Positions 1-12,524 of a stretch of 64,000 nt of DNA are shown here, one piece after another; position 1 is the first letter of the stretch; the number at the start of each line of letters is the position of its first letter. A model generated the notes under the pieces. The model did not search any database and was not told the origin of the DNA. It saw nothing but the letters and a program-made list of their open reading frames with translations. This stretch comes from the human T2T-CHM13v2.0 reference genome, Homo sapiens. The stretch is taken from NCBI RefSeq assembly GCF_009914755.1, contig NC_060941.1. One strand, 5' to 3'. Both the position numbers and the translations under genes were made by a program.

Positions 1-50
1 TCGGCCTCCCAAAGTGCTGGGATTACAGGCGTCAGCCACCAAGCCCGGCC
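1..50 (-). mobile_element. Alu 5' end, cut by the window edge
   Basis: ggcctcccaaagtgctgggattacaggcgt...cccggcc is the reverse complement of the Alu 5' end. Confidence 0.97.
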
Positions 51-377
51 ACATGTGGCTTTTATAGTGATTTAAAAATAATGTCCCTTCAAATAAACTT
101 AGGTCTACAGCACTTAATCCAATGACCTAAAATTCAAACGTACACTAAAATTCCATAAACTATTCCTATTTTCTTATTGAATCACATGATAATTTCAGGA
201 GACAAGTGACCTTCACTTCTGATTGACCATTGATTGGCAGTAGTTTCAGTTTCTCTGTCCTCAGCTTCTGTGATTATTAGTTCGGCGCATCAACCTAATA
301 AATATGTCATGATGTCTAAACAAAAACTCTAACGTCATCTAGAGAGTGATACATTAACGAAACCGTATGAGGGATAA

Positions 378-1090
378 TCCATTCATTCAGCTGGCTGTGC
401 TCTATGGATGCTGAGATGGAAGGCAGTTTGCAAGTGGCCCACAGTCTGGAAGGGGAGAGAAACCAATCAACTCTTGCTGTCTGGAGTGAGCAGAGGCTTT
501 CAGGGCTGATCAGCACAGAGTGTGCTGAAGCGGACTTAGAAGATAAGATGTCCTGAATGACGAGGAGGTGTTAGGCAAGGAAGGAAGGAAGCTGATCCAA
601 GCAGGGTTTGCAAAGACTTGAAGGGAAGACATTGACATTGAGAGCATGGTGGTTTCAAAGAGCCACCCCAAAGTGTGGCCTGGCATGAGGGTGCTATGCT
701 TGGGGGAGGAAAGAAATGAGTTGGGAATGGCTGGGATCATCAGGGACTATAGATGCCATGTGGCAGGGTTTTCATTTTATTTGAAAGGTGATGGGGAGCC
801 CCAAGAGGGTTTTAAAGAGGAGAGGATCATGACAGAATTAGACTTTAATGAGGATCACTCTGGCTGCAGAGTGGAAGTGAGACGGTGGGTGGTTCAATTG
901 ATAGTGTGGGTGAGCATAGAGAGAACCAGTCAGGGGGTTGTTTGAATAATTGAGGTGAGAAACAGTGAAGGGGTGGCCATGGAGAGAGGGAGGCAGTTGG
1001 GAGGGAGATTTAGGTGGTAAATCAGTAGCTACAGGTCTTGAAAATTAATTGGATGTGGAGGGTTAGGGAGAGGGAGGAACTCCCAGTGAC
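378..1090 (-). mobile_element. L2 LINE fragment
   Basis: (CATT)n tail followed by typical antisense L2 motifs (gatggggagcc...gatcactctggctgcag...ttggatgtggaggg). Confidence 0.75.
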
Positions 1091-1699
1091 TGTCAGAATA
1101 TTTGTCATTGCTAATTTATGTGTTTTTGCTGGCTTGAATGTTACAGTAAATTAAAGGGTAGTTTGAGTGAACAAAATATAATTTAGACTTTGGGTTTGTG
1201 TGATGAGAGCCCCTGCTCTTGGACAGCAAAAGGCCCTGTTTCCTAGAGGCACTTCCTTCTGATGGATGGTTACCCCAAATGGATGTGGGATATGAAGGGT
1301 GGCAAGTGAGAGAGCTATAAAAGTTCAGTGGTTTCTGGGAAGCTCTCAGGGATGTAAGGCTGAACATCTTTCTGCAGGAGACCTTCCCTCAAAAGGCAAA
1401 GAGAATCGTGATATTGTGATTTGCTTTTGTATATTTGTGAAATGCACACACACACAAACACACACGCACGTACTCATTTTGCAGATGAGGCTCTGCACGA
1501 TTGCGTAGTCTATTTCCCATCATGACGCTTGTTATGGCTGAGCGAGCCCGGAGCCTGAGTCTTTGCCTCTTGAGTACTTGCCCTTTCCCATAGGCTGTGC
1601 TGAACGCCTTTAAACATTCTGTGTCCACCACTCCCCCGGAGTAGCACCTTGTAAACCAAAGAAAGGAACTGACAGCTTGGGTCGTAGAAAGAGCCCAGA

Positions 1700-1880
1700 C
1701 TAACTCCAGTCAGAGCTGAATCCAGGTTCCCTCTCATCCTGGTGACTCTGGGCTTGTCCTGTTTGAACTTCAGGTTTCTTCTCTATAAATCAGAGATAAC
1801 AGCATCACCTTGTAAGCCTGGGAGGATTAAATGAGATAATGCAGGTAAAGTACCAAGTACATGGTAGGTACTCCATGCCT
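1700..1880 (+). mobile_element. MIR
   Basis: MIR core and 3' part: caggtttcttctctataaa...gaggattaaatgagataatgca. Confidence 0.8.
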
Positions 1881-2434
1881 GTTTCTCCTTTTCTTTCTCT
1901 GCGGAGACTTTTAGAGCAGTGAGGCTCTCCCTCTGGCTCATGGGTGTGCTAAGTAGCAGCTCCCCTCTGGGTCTTGAGAAAAGGGACCCAAAATGACAGG
2001 TCCAGCTCTGTCTGGCATTCCACACTGTGCGCAGAAGCCCTCTTGGCGTAACCCAGCCTTGTGATATTTCTGTATAGTAGTATGGTAATTTCTGCAGCAA
2101 AACCTCCCGTAATGGCAAAGACAAAGTCTTCTTTGCTACGTAATGCAATTCATGCTTTTAAATGTTTTTATTTAAAATAAATCGGCCGTGCTGTTGACTC
2201 TGGCACAGAACTGTGGGCTGTGTTCTCAGTCTGCCCCTCTGCAGTGCAACGGCTGCCTCGGAGGGAAGTTCACATCCCATCCCTGGGAATCTAGAAGCCT
2301 GGGTGGGGCTTCTGATGGTGGCTTCCTGATGCTGCGGGGCAGGCCCAGGTCTGAGGTGCAAAGAATTGGGCTCGACATGTGCTCTCTCCTGCTTTTGGGA
2401 AAGCCCTCTGACTGTTCTGCTCAGCTGACAGCCT

Positions 2435-2770
2435 GTGTTCTATTCATCTGAGCATTCTCACATCGAGCCCAGTGCCCGGCACAGTGGAACTCAAAGTCTG
2501 TTGGGTGAATAAGTCTCCGCTTCACCTTCCCTAAGAAGTGAGTAATAACTCCTGCCTTGAAGGACTGCAATAGAGATGCAGAAGAGAATATGCCAAAGGC
2601 TGTGCCTGGTTCATAGTACATGCCTATTAAGTGGGAGCATCCACTATCATTCTTATCATTATTATAAGTTGAGCACTGCCGGGGTGGGGGTGGGAGCAGG
2701 AGCATGACTCTATCCTATGGTTTGTGGCAGCAGCATGCCTCACACACAGTAGGTGTTCAGTCAATGAGAC
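2435..2770 (+). mobile_element. L2 3' ends and MIR fragments
   Basis: cagtgcccggcacagt...ctcaaagtctgttgggtgaat (L2 end); gtgcctggttcatagta (MIR 3' part). Confidence 0.55.
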
Positions 2771-3349
2771 TGGACTTAAAAACCCATTTTCCCTTTTGCC
2801 TCCAGCAGGGACGGTAAATCCGATCAGGTTGTTGCTCGGGGCATCTCTCTTCCCTCCTCACTCCTTCCACTCTCCTCTCCTTACCACTTCACCCCTTCAG
2901 GGGACACAGTGATAACAGGGCGGGGGGGCTACTGTATTTGATGACTCAGGATCTGCCACGCATGTTTTCCAACCACGCCCGTGGAAGGGAGAGCTGAACT
3001 GGGCTGGGCGAATTATTTTTGGTATTTTCTCCAGCTATTCTGATCTCTAACATTTTGCAGTGGGTGGTTAGAGCTGGTGATTTTCCTTTCTTTTGTGCAA
3101 ACGAGACCAGAATAAACAGCATAGGGTGAGTCACTTCAGATTCTTAGTGCTTCAATTACTTAAAAACTCCAGGGCCTGATGAAGCTTAGAATGTCACCTT
3201 CTCCAGAACAGCCACAAGCAGATGGGAAATGTTCCATATTCTAAGTAGTTGATGGCTTCCCGGCACAGGAAATCTGCTACTAGCTAGCTACTAGTGCCCA
3301 GAGAGAAGAGGAAGAAAGGCAAACCAGCATTCAGAAGGCAGCCCCCCTC

Positions 3350-3660
3350 GATGCCAAGCACTTTACACACATTACTTCATATCTTACTTCAGTTAATCTT
3401 CACGATGACCTGATGAAGTAATACACTTAATGCCTATGAGGTAATAAATAACAGCCCCAATACATATTTCCTGCCTCCTTGGTAGACAACAGGTCCACTC
3501 TCAGCATGTTATATCCATTATCTCCTTGAAGCCTTCCAACAACACTATGACAGTCATTGCTGTCTCCTCTTCATAGATGAAAACACCGAAGCTCAGACCA
3601 GCAAATGAGAAAACCAAAAATTGAACCTGAGTTCTTCTGCCTTTAAAGCCCGTAGTCTTA
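3350..3660 (-). mobile_element. Two MIR fragments
   Basis: gccaagcactttacacacattact; catagatgaaaacaccgaagctcaga. Confidence 0.65.
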
Positions 3661-3665
3661 AGCCC

Positions 3666-3972
3666 CTGCATTTCCCAAACTGTGTCCTGCGGGACTCTGG
3701 GGTCTTCTGAGATGCTCATGGGTAGTATCAGAGATGGGGGAAAAGTTTCGGTGGTTCAAATGGCGTGGGAATTTTGGCTTGCATAAAATCCCGCTACCAG
3801 AGTGGGCACACAAGTTCCTTTTGAAGGGCCCTGGGTTGTCTATGTTAGAGAAAATCGTTGGCTCTGTTGAGCCTAGTCAAGTCTGACTTGCTAGATCATG
3901 CAAGCCATTTGTTCATTCCCAGGATGTTCTCAGGGTCCCCTGGGCTCTGCAGAGCAGGGTCATGGACATGCC
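3666..3972. mobile_element. hAT-Charlie MITE (MER103-like)
   Basis: Starts gcatttcccaaactgtgtcc and has a degenerate inverted right end. Confidence 0.55.
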
Positions 3973-4224
3973 ACATTCTTCCCTGCCAGAGGACCCACAG
4001 AACAGTGCAGATGTCCCATGGGGGTTAAGTCTCCAGGGGAAATATTCAATCAATAAAAAGCAGCATTTAAAAAATTACTGTCATGAAAAAGGAACACCAT
4101 TTTCTTGACTACCCCTGCTAACGTCTAACAGTCCTGCTAATGTCTCATATGGCACTGTTAGTGGAAGAGACACGAAGAAAACCCCTAGTTTAACTCTAGA
4201 ATAGAGACCAGAGCCTTTGCCCCA

Positions 4225-4505
4225 CCCTGGCCTCCCCAACTGATCTTCCAGCCTGTGTTTACATGCCTCCAGGGATAGGGAGTTGGCTACCTCACAAAGC
4301 ATTCTGTGCTACATAGAAAACAGCTGTTGGAAAGGCCTTCCTTCTATTGACATGAAATATACTTCCAGCAGTTTTTGCACAGTGGCCCCTTTTGCCTCTG
4401 AGAGCTCTAAAAAAGTGTGAAGGCCACTGTCATTTCCCCTAGAGTCTCCTGTTCTCCTTGCTAACCATCCCCACTTCCCCATTGACGTGGTTTCCCGCCC
4501 CTTGG
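4225..4505 (-). mobile_element. L3/CR1 LINE 3' fragment
   Basis: Minus-strand translation EVANSLSLEACKHRLEDQL resembles the CR1/L3 ORF2 C-terminus. Confidence 0.7.
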
Positions 4506-4529
4506 GAGAAGTGAATACACCTGGAAAGG

Positions 4530-4735
4530 ACAGGAGACTCGAGGCTTTGGGTCCAAATCCTGGATCTCCTAACTATTATAGCATCTGTATGACCTTGGGC
4601 AATTCATTTAATTTCTCTAGGTTTCAATGTCTTTATCTATGGAAAAATATATAACTGGGTAGAATTTTTTGAGGATTAAATAAGTTAATGTATACAAAGC
4701 ACCCGGCCTAATTCCTGGTCAATACATGTTATTGA
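4530..4735 (+). mobile_element. MIR
   Basis: tgtatgaccttgggcaattcatttaatttctctaggtttcaatgtc...gaggattaaa. Confidence 0.85.
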
Positions 4736-4837
4736 TCTCACCTCTCCATCTCTCCACTTCCTCCAGCTTTCTAGTACTCTCCTCTGTAGAAGTGTGTTAC
4801 TATCCCCCATGAGATGCTTAAAGAATTCCAGATGTAG

Positions 4838-5147
4838 GGCCAGGCGCCGTGGCTCATACCTGTAATCCCAGTACTTTGGGGGGCCGAGGCGGGAAAATTG
4901 CTTGATCCCAGGAGTTTGAGACCAGGCTGGGCAATATGATGATACCTTGTCTCTAAAAACAAAAAATTCAAAAATTAGCTGGGTGTGGTGGTGCACGCCT
5001 GTAGTCCCAGCTACTCTGGAGGCTGAGGTAGGAGGATCACTTGAGCCCAGGAGGAAAAGTTTGCAGTGAGCTGACTTACACCATTGCACTCCAGCCTGGG
5101 CCACAGAGAGAGAACTTGTCTCAAAAAAAATAAAATAAAGTAAAATA
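4838..5147 (+). mobile_element. AluJ, full length
   Basis: Dimeric Alu with J-type positions and A-rich tail; TSD aagaattccagatgtag / aagaatgccaggtgtag. Confidence 0.95.
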
Positions 5148-5199
5148 AAGAATGCCAGGTGTAGGCAGACCCCTGGAGTGGACAGTGGCTTCAATTCTT

Positions 5200-5300
5200 T
5201 CATTCTAGAAGCCAGTTCTAGGCCTGGCTCTGCTGTAAATCCAAATGAGATCTGGGCCAAGTCAGTTTCCCACTCTGGGTTTCTGTTTCCTACATCTGAG
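5200..5300 (+). mobile_element. MIR fragment
   Basis: ctgggccaagtcagtttcccactctgggtttctgtttcctacatctg. Confidence 0.65.
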
Positions 5301-6244
5301 GAACAACTCTGCCATTCTGGGGTGCTTGTGAATGTTCAAATACCCTTCCATATTACCGAAAAATAAAAAATTAAAAATTCAGCAAATGATCTGGCTTTCA
5401 GAAACAATGGTATAAAACATTTTTACCCCAAACAAAAGAGGTAGAATCTTCAAGGACCAGGAACCAACATGACCGTTGTTTTTGTTTCCTGACTGACTTG
5501 AACATTTGAGTTTATCTTCAATTGACCTCAGAATAATAAGAAATCTAACTGATGAGAGTTTGTGTAAAGATTTTAGGCTTCTAAATTCTGCTCCTACCTG
5601 GCACTGACAAGAAAAACAAAGTTATTTAAGATGTTTATTTTAAAGAGGACCCAATGAAATGAATTCACTCCTTTCAGATCTGACTTCATAAAAGAGCCAT
5701 AATGTGCATTATGAAGAATTTACTAATTGGGCTTTTTATAGACCAAATAATTTAATTTTTGTTTGAGCTTTAAAATATGTTTATTGTACAGGAAAATCGT
5801 AAGATACTTTTTTTTTCTGAAAGGTCATCTTAAAGGTAATTATTTAGAATTTAGATTTAGTTTATTCATGAAAACAAAGTTATAAATGGTGATCAGATTC
5901 CCCTGCTAGCCTGATAGATGTTTATTTAAACCATTCATAGCTATTGATCATTTATACTTCACCGATGATTGATTTGTATTTTCTTATTGTTACTGCCTTC
6001 TGTGGTCCTCCCATCATGCTTCAGGGCTCTATTTTGAATCGAGTGTGTTTGGGAAGGCTATCCTGGAAACTTAACTATTCCCTAGGATTAGGTGGGTTCT
6101 CTGTAGTGCAACAAAGAGAGAGTATGGTGGCTTGATACCTGGGATGCTTTTTGTAGTTAAAAGGGAACATAGTGACTGGGGGAATTCTTGTGTCTTTAGT
6201 CACAACTCATGGCTTTCCATCTACTGCAGTAACAGTTAAGCAAC

Positions 6245-6650
6245 AAAACTGATGAATAGTTAAATAAAATGTAATATATCCATATAGTGGAATATTATTT
6301 AACAATGAAAAATGAAGTACTGATATATGCTACAACATGGATGAACCTCTAAAACGTTATAAGTGAAAGAAGTCAGACACAAAAGGTCACAGGTTGTATG
6401 ATTCTTATAGGAAATGTCCAGAAAAGGCAAATCTACAGAGATAGAAAGTAGATTAATGAATACTTAGGGCTGTGGAGAATGGGCAGTGACAGTAATGAGC
6501 ATGGGTTTATTTAGCAGGGGGTTGTTCTAAAATTCTGTTACTGTGATAGATGCATGTCCTTGTGTATGTTACTACAAAACATTGAATTGCACACTTTAAA
6601 TGGGTGAATTGGCATGCAAATTATATCTCAATAAAGCTTCCTTAAAAAGA
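6245..6650 (+). mobile_element. L1MB-type LINE-1 3' end
   Basis: atgctacaacatggatgaacctc...gaaagaagtcagacacaaaagg...aattatatctcaataaagct. Confidence 0.9.
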
Positions 6651-6929
6651 GAATTAAGCAGAGCAATTGAGAGGATATTTGTCTCTTGCCTCTGCTCCAA
6701 CAAGAGCTTTCTCCACTCCCCTGGCTTAATGCTGGCCTGCTGTTCACATAAATAAACAGGAATGTTTGTAGCATGGGGATTTGTAATCTAGTCAATATAT
6801 TTATATGTTTCTTAAAAGAGAGCATCTTGTGCAAAATACTATTCAATGAAACTACAGTCTAGCAGTACTCAATCAATCAGTTCATCAATCAGCCATTCAT
6901 TCATTCCTACAACAAACTTTTCCTGACCA

Positions 6930-7107
6930 CCTAGTCTATACTAGATAGCCAGTTCACATCAGGAATCCAGGATCACACAAGGGAAAACAATTCTAACCAG
7001 AAGCCCAGTTTCTTACCAGGTAGCCTTGTTCTCACTAGGGAGTCAGGTTCACATCAGGGAGCTGGGTTCATACTAGGAAATCAGATTCTCACCAGAGAGC
7101 CATGTTC
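6930..7107. repeat. Degenerate 19-bp minisatellite (~9.5 units)
   Basis: Units such as ccttgttctcactagggag, tcaggttcacatcagggag, ctgggttcatactaggaaa, tcagattctcaccagagag. Confidence 0.75.
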
Positions 7108-7210
7108 AGAAAAACGCTTTGATGTACTAAAAGGCCTAATTAACCCTATTTTAGATGCCAACCTGTTCTCACAGAACTGAACCAAAACACAGACAACCAT
7201 CTCCTTCCCC

Positions 7211-7572
<362 letters not shown>

Positions 7573-9109
7573 TAGTTATTTTTAAAGGAAAAGTCAACAA
7601 GCATCCAAACATTTGAGGTTATCAACCAAATTAATTAGTGTACTTTGTGAAAAGAGTTCCAGCATGGCTTCAAAAAGGGAATCTGACTGGCGCATTTAAA
7701 TATTTCCTTATAGAATATTTGGTATCAAGCCAAAGAGCTTTGAGACAAAGGAGCCTAAAATGGAAGTGTTAAGGTCACCACCATTACGGCTCTCTTAGAA
7801 ATGGGGTGGCAGTATTGCAGAGAAGACGGACAGTGCGAGTGAAGCGCAGCACCCCAAATCTTACTAGGAGCCTCCTCCATGCCGGATGCTTTGCTAGGAC
7901 CTACATGGGGCCGGGATCACAGATAGTAGAGACCTAGACTCTGTCTTAGAGGGACAGGGTTTGCTGGGAGAAGATAAGTCAAAGGGCAATGAAGTCCTGG
8001 TCACAGACACCAGATTTTTGCACATGACATTAGAAAGGACAGGGATCTGCAGGCACCTCCATTTGATTTCTTTTCAAGGATTTTACTAATAGACCAGCTT
8101 CTGGGAAAGGGCTCTCATTGTGGACTACATGAGGCTTGGACACGTTGTCTCAATATGGAAAACAACTTCAGATGCAAGCCAAGAACACAGGGTCAGGTGT
8201 TGTGCATGTAAGCTTGGCAAATCCTATCATAAAACCAATGGGGCTGTGTTAGAATTGGCGTTCTCTCTGTCTTGTGTTAATTATTATGCACTTGCTTTCT
8301 GGGCTTTGAATTATTCATGAGGCCAGATATAAAATACGATGATTATTGGTAATCTCCAGCTGTGGCACCTGAATGTGCAGAGACGCCACATCTGTTTCTG
8401 AAAACTATGGTCTGGGCTAAGGAACTTAGTGTGCTTTGGAGGAGCAGAAGGTGGCAGAGAGGGGAGGAGAGTGGTCAGAGGAGTGAGATCAAGAGGAGAA
8501 AGGTAAAGTGATGTTGCTCTCAGAGAAGGTGGAAGTGTGTCGATCAACAAATTGGCTAAAATATAGAGAGCAAGAATACGGATCTAACTAGAAGGAAGAG
8601 CTGGATCAATATCGAATGAATGAATAAATGAATGAATGTATGCATGTGGAAACAGGGAGGAGGGGAGGAAAGTGCCTCCTTTGAGCCATTTTATCGAATT
8701 CTCACTGCCATTCAATGAGGCAAGGAGAAAATGGACGCACACCTTGTTCCATTTAATCCTCATGACTTATGATATGGGCATTTGCATCAGTGCTTGACAG
8801 TGTTGGCAGCTGGGGTTGCAGAAGAGGCCTGCAGTTGCTCAGTTATTAATGGGGACTTCAGATCATGTTGCCCTATACCCACTGGCCAGACATGATTTGG
8901 GGTATAGGTGGGCAAAGCTATAAGTATCAGGTACTACTGGTGGTAGGAAGTGATCCAATGCCTTCCTTCCCTGGGAGAAGGAGTAACTCTACAGAGAATG
9001 CTGCCAGACTGAGTGCCCAGTCCCTTGGACAGAGTCTGATGGGGAGCTGATAGATGCCTCTTGTCTCTCCACCCACTCCCATCTCTGCTGCTCTTAATGG
9101 GAGACCTGG

Positions 9110-9330
9110 CATAGAAAAGGCACCTCCTGAGTATGAACAGGTCAGCCTTTTTGGGAGGGCAGACCAGCGTTCTATCAAAATGAAAAACCCTTGATGGCTT
9201 TGATTCAGCAATCCTGGGGAAATCGTTGCATATGTTGAATACCAAGCCTGTGCTGTGGCAATGTTTGTTATAGCAAGAAACTGAAAACAATCCACGAGTG
9301 CATCAACAGGTGATGGTTCAGCACAATGCC
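9110..9330 (+). mobile_element. L1ME-type fragment
   Basis: tttgattcagcaatcc...gcaatgtttgttatagcaagaaactgaaaacaatcca...catcaacagg. Confidence 0.65.
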
Positions 9331-9344
9331 CTGTACAGAGAGGT

Positions 9345-9545
9345 GAGATATTGATCCCATCTCTGCCATTTACTGTCTGCGTGATTGGAGTAAGTTACTA
9401 ACATTTCTGAATCTCAGTTTTCTCGTCTGTAAAATGGGGATGATAACAGTAACTTCCTCACAGGGTTATTGCAAGGATTAGTATGTGTAAAGTGCTTAGA
9501 ACAGTACCTGGCATCTAGTCAGAAGTTAGTAAATGTGAGTAATTA
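9345..9545 (+). mobile_element. MIR
   Basis: ctcagttttctcgtctgtaaaatggggatgataacagta...gtaaagtgcttagaacagtacctggca. Confidence 0.92.
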
Positions 9546-9994
9546 ACAATGCCCCACAAATACAAAATCATTAATAAGAGTAAGCCCTCTGATACCTAGG
9601 TTTTGCCCTCTGGCCCAGTGGCTATCTAGTCATTTCTGCTCCCAAGGGGTCGCTGACCCCATGGAGGTTAGGGGGACTGGGACTGTGCCCTAATCTTACA
9701 GCTCAGAAAGTGAAAAGGGTCACCAGATCAGTACAGCTCTGAGCAGCCAGCCAAGGCTTGGGTGGGAGCCAAACTATGCAGGCAGCCTGACCTGGCTCCT
9801 GGGGCTAAGGCAACACTGGCCATAGTCTTTGGTCTCAGCCACCAGCAGCCAGGAAAGGTGAGGAGATATTGGAATTTGTGTTCCCTGGCACCAAAGGAGG
9901 CCATGGAAGAGACATTTCCTTAGCCCAGTCACTAATATGGTTACCCAAAACCTTCCTACCATCATCACATTAGACTTTCTTTCCTCTCTCATTT

Positions 9995-10460
9995 TTTTCA
10001 TTCATTTATCAAAAATTGTTAGCTCTCCTACCATGTGCCAGGCAGTATCATAAAGATTCTAGGCACTCAGAGACAAAGATGTCTCCCATCTTTTGAGGCA
10101 CTTGTGGTCTACTAGGAAAGACAGGCAAGTAAACAAATAATTACTTGCCTGTGTGAACCCCACACAACAAAGACATCATCTGCTTTGTTATTGGTTTCCA
10201 GCCTTAGAAATTGCCTAGTAACAAACCCAATTGGTTTGTTATTGGTTTGTTACTTGTTATTGGTTTGTTATTGGTTTTCAGCCTTAGAAAGTGCCTAGTA
10301 AGTAGTAAGCTCATGCTAATATTTATGGAATAGAGATGCCCAATAACATAATCTGTACAAGGTACAGAAGTACTATACACTAACTCTGTTATGAAGGCAA
10401 GAAAGTCTTAGAAAGTGATGTATAAATAGGGTTTTGGAAGATGAATAGGAGTTTTTTAGG
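9995..10460 (-). mobile_element. L2 fragment with an opposite-strand L2 3' end nested at ~10180-10330
   Basis: ttcattcatttatc...ctaccatgtgccaggca; the element resumes with ggttttggaagatgaataggagtt. Confidence 0.6.
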
Positions 10461-10851
10461 TTAACACAGCCTGCAGTTTAAGATGTCTATAACATAGCTA
10501 AAATTATAATTTTGAGGCCACAGAAAATCACTATGGTGCTTGTTCTCAGATTAATGAAGGCAGAAGCCAGCAAGGAAAAGAGGTTATGAATGTCTCTCCT
10601 CTTCTTGACCCCCCAGTCACTCTCGTCATTTTTTTCATAAACCTTGGCGCAATTATATATAATCCACTTATCTGTTTATGTGTTGTTTGGGTCTCTGTCT
10701 CTCCAGCTCTTGTAATGGTGTCTGACTTATAGGTTAGTGCTCAATAAATTCTCACTGAGTAAATGAATAAATGGGAAAAGGAAGAGAAGGAAAGAGTGGG
10801 CCCTAAGTATCCACAGCCAGGGGCTCTTTCCCTGCCTGGGTAGATCTGAGA

Positions 10852-11191
10852 CAGTGCTGTCCAATAGAAATATAAAAAGAGTCTCATGTGTAATTTCAAA
10901 TTTTCTAGTAGTCCTTAAGAAAAGTAAAAAGAAATGATAAAATTAATTAATATTATATTTTTCACTCATTACATCCAAAGTAATGTAACTTCGACATGTA
11001 ATCAATATACAAAAATTACTGAGATTTATATCTCAATAATATTATTGAAAAAAAGGTCAATAACTTTTTTTTTCAAGCCTTTCAAGCATTTGAAATCCAG
11101 TGGGTGTTTTTTATTTAGAGCACATCTCAGTTAGGATTGGCCACAGTTGAAGTATTCAGTAGCCACACATGGCCAGTGGCTGCTTGGCAGC
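10852..11191. mobile_element. MER33-like hAT-Charlie MITE
   Basis: cagtgctgtccaatagaaatata...gcacatctcagtt...agccacacatggccagtggct. Confidence 0.85.
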
Positions 11192-11709
11192 GAGGCCCAA
11201 GGCCTCCTCCACTCTGTTGCCCAGCATAGACTGTCAGTGGGGCAGGCCTGGGCTTAGCACAGAACTTGCCACCCTAGTTGGAGGGGCACTGGAGGATGTC
11301 TGATGAAATGGGAATAAAGTCTTCTAGAATTGTGTCATTTACCCTTTTGCCCCTTCTCCATGTGGCCACCCTGGTATGCCACCTCTTCTTGTCCCTGGCA
11401 TATGGAGACATTCCCAGGCCCCTCCTGCCTGCAGCTCCAGTACCTATGTTTCTCTTTTGTGCTCTCCCCTTCAGCTTGGGGAGAATTTAGCATTTCCACA
11501 GGGATTTGCATTGATCAAGTGTGACAGTGAGACCCAGTTCCCTTGGACATTTAAAATATCAGGACAAAGGAAAGTGAGGAACTGGGCTGTAACTGTGAAG
11601 CCAAGGACACCTGGATGCTGTTAGACCTCTTCAACTGTCCTTTCCAAAGCGAACCTGACCTCCAGGCCCTGTAGTTAAGGAACAGGTGGAAAGTACCACA
11701 GGCCACAGT

Positions 11710-11930
11710 ACTTAAGCCATCCCAGGCATTGTTCTAAGAGCTTTGCATATATTACCTCATAGAAGCCACATAAAAACCCAATCTGATAGGTGCTCTTATT
11801 GATCCCATTTAACAGATAAAGAAACTGAAGCACAAAGGTGTTAGACAATTTGCTCCAGGATTCAGCTGGTAAGAGGCCAGCCCAGGATTTGAGCTCAGAC
11901 CATCTTGCTCCAGAGTCTGGCCCTTACCTG
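11710..11930 (-). mobile_element. MIR
   Basis: cccatttaacagataaagaaactgaagcacaaa...ggatttgagctcag. Confidence 0.9.
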
Positions 11931-12244
11931 TTGTGCTCTAGGAAAGGTGCATATGTGACTCTCCGGGAACTAGGAAGAGACAGAGATCACTTCTCACTGC
12001 AGGGGAAGAAGGAAGTAGAGAGATGAGAGAGGAGAGATGAGAGAGTATGGGGTCCAGCAGATAGGTAGGAACTTTGAAAAGGGACTTGAAGGAATCTACA
12101 GAGATGACAGGGACAGTATACTCCACATGGGGTCCTTGCTTTTCTCCTCTGAGGCACTCTTAGTGTTGTCAGCACTTGGACAGAGCTAGAAAGCCTCCTG
12201 TGCTGTCTTATTGTTTGGGTGTAATTTCAAAACCCAGATAGAAC

Positions 12245-12413
12245 GAGAGCTTAATGGGTATGAAGTCTCCTTTTGGGATGATAAAATGCTCTGGAACTAG
12301 ACAGTGGTGATGGTTGCAGAACACTGTGAATATACTAAGGGCTACTGAATCGAACACTTGAAAAACGATGGTGAATTTTATGCAACGTAAATGTTATCAC
12401 AATTGAAAAAAAA
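12245..12413 (+). mobile_element. L1M 3' end
   Basis: ttttgggatgataaaatgctctggaactagacagtggtgatggttgcagaacactgtgaatatacta followed by an A tail. Confidence 0.85.
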
Positions 12414-12524
12414 GAAGGGGGGTAAGAGGAGATGCAACTTTCACCAGGAAGAAGGAAGAAAGCAAAGCCCATGAGAAGATGAGGCTGCAGGTCCTCCCGA
12501 GGAGGCAGGCCCATCTGCACGAGG
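12412..12524 (+). repeat. Dispersed duplication, copy 1 (113 bp)
   Basis: Aligns without gaps to 14763-14875 with 10 mismatches. Confidence 0.95.

Noticed and set aside
4685-5260. 191-aa ORF and similar ORFs (19895, 26140, 39097, 40576) containing [15 protein letters not shown]
   Set aside because: Standard antisense-Alu translations, not genes
6930-7107. CRISPR-like array
   Set aside because: Contiguous tandem units with no unique spacers, in primate DNA, with no cas genes
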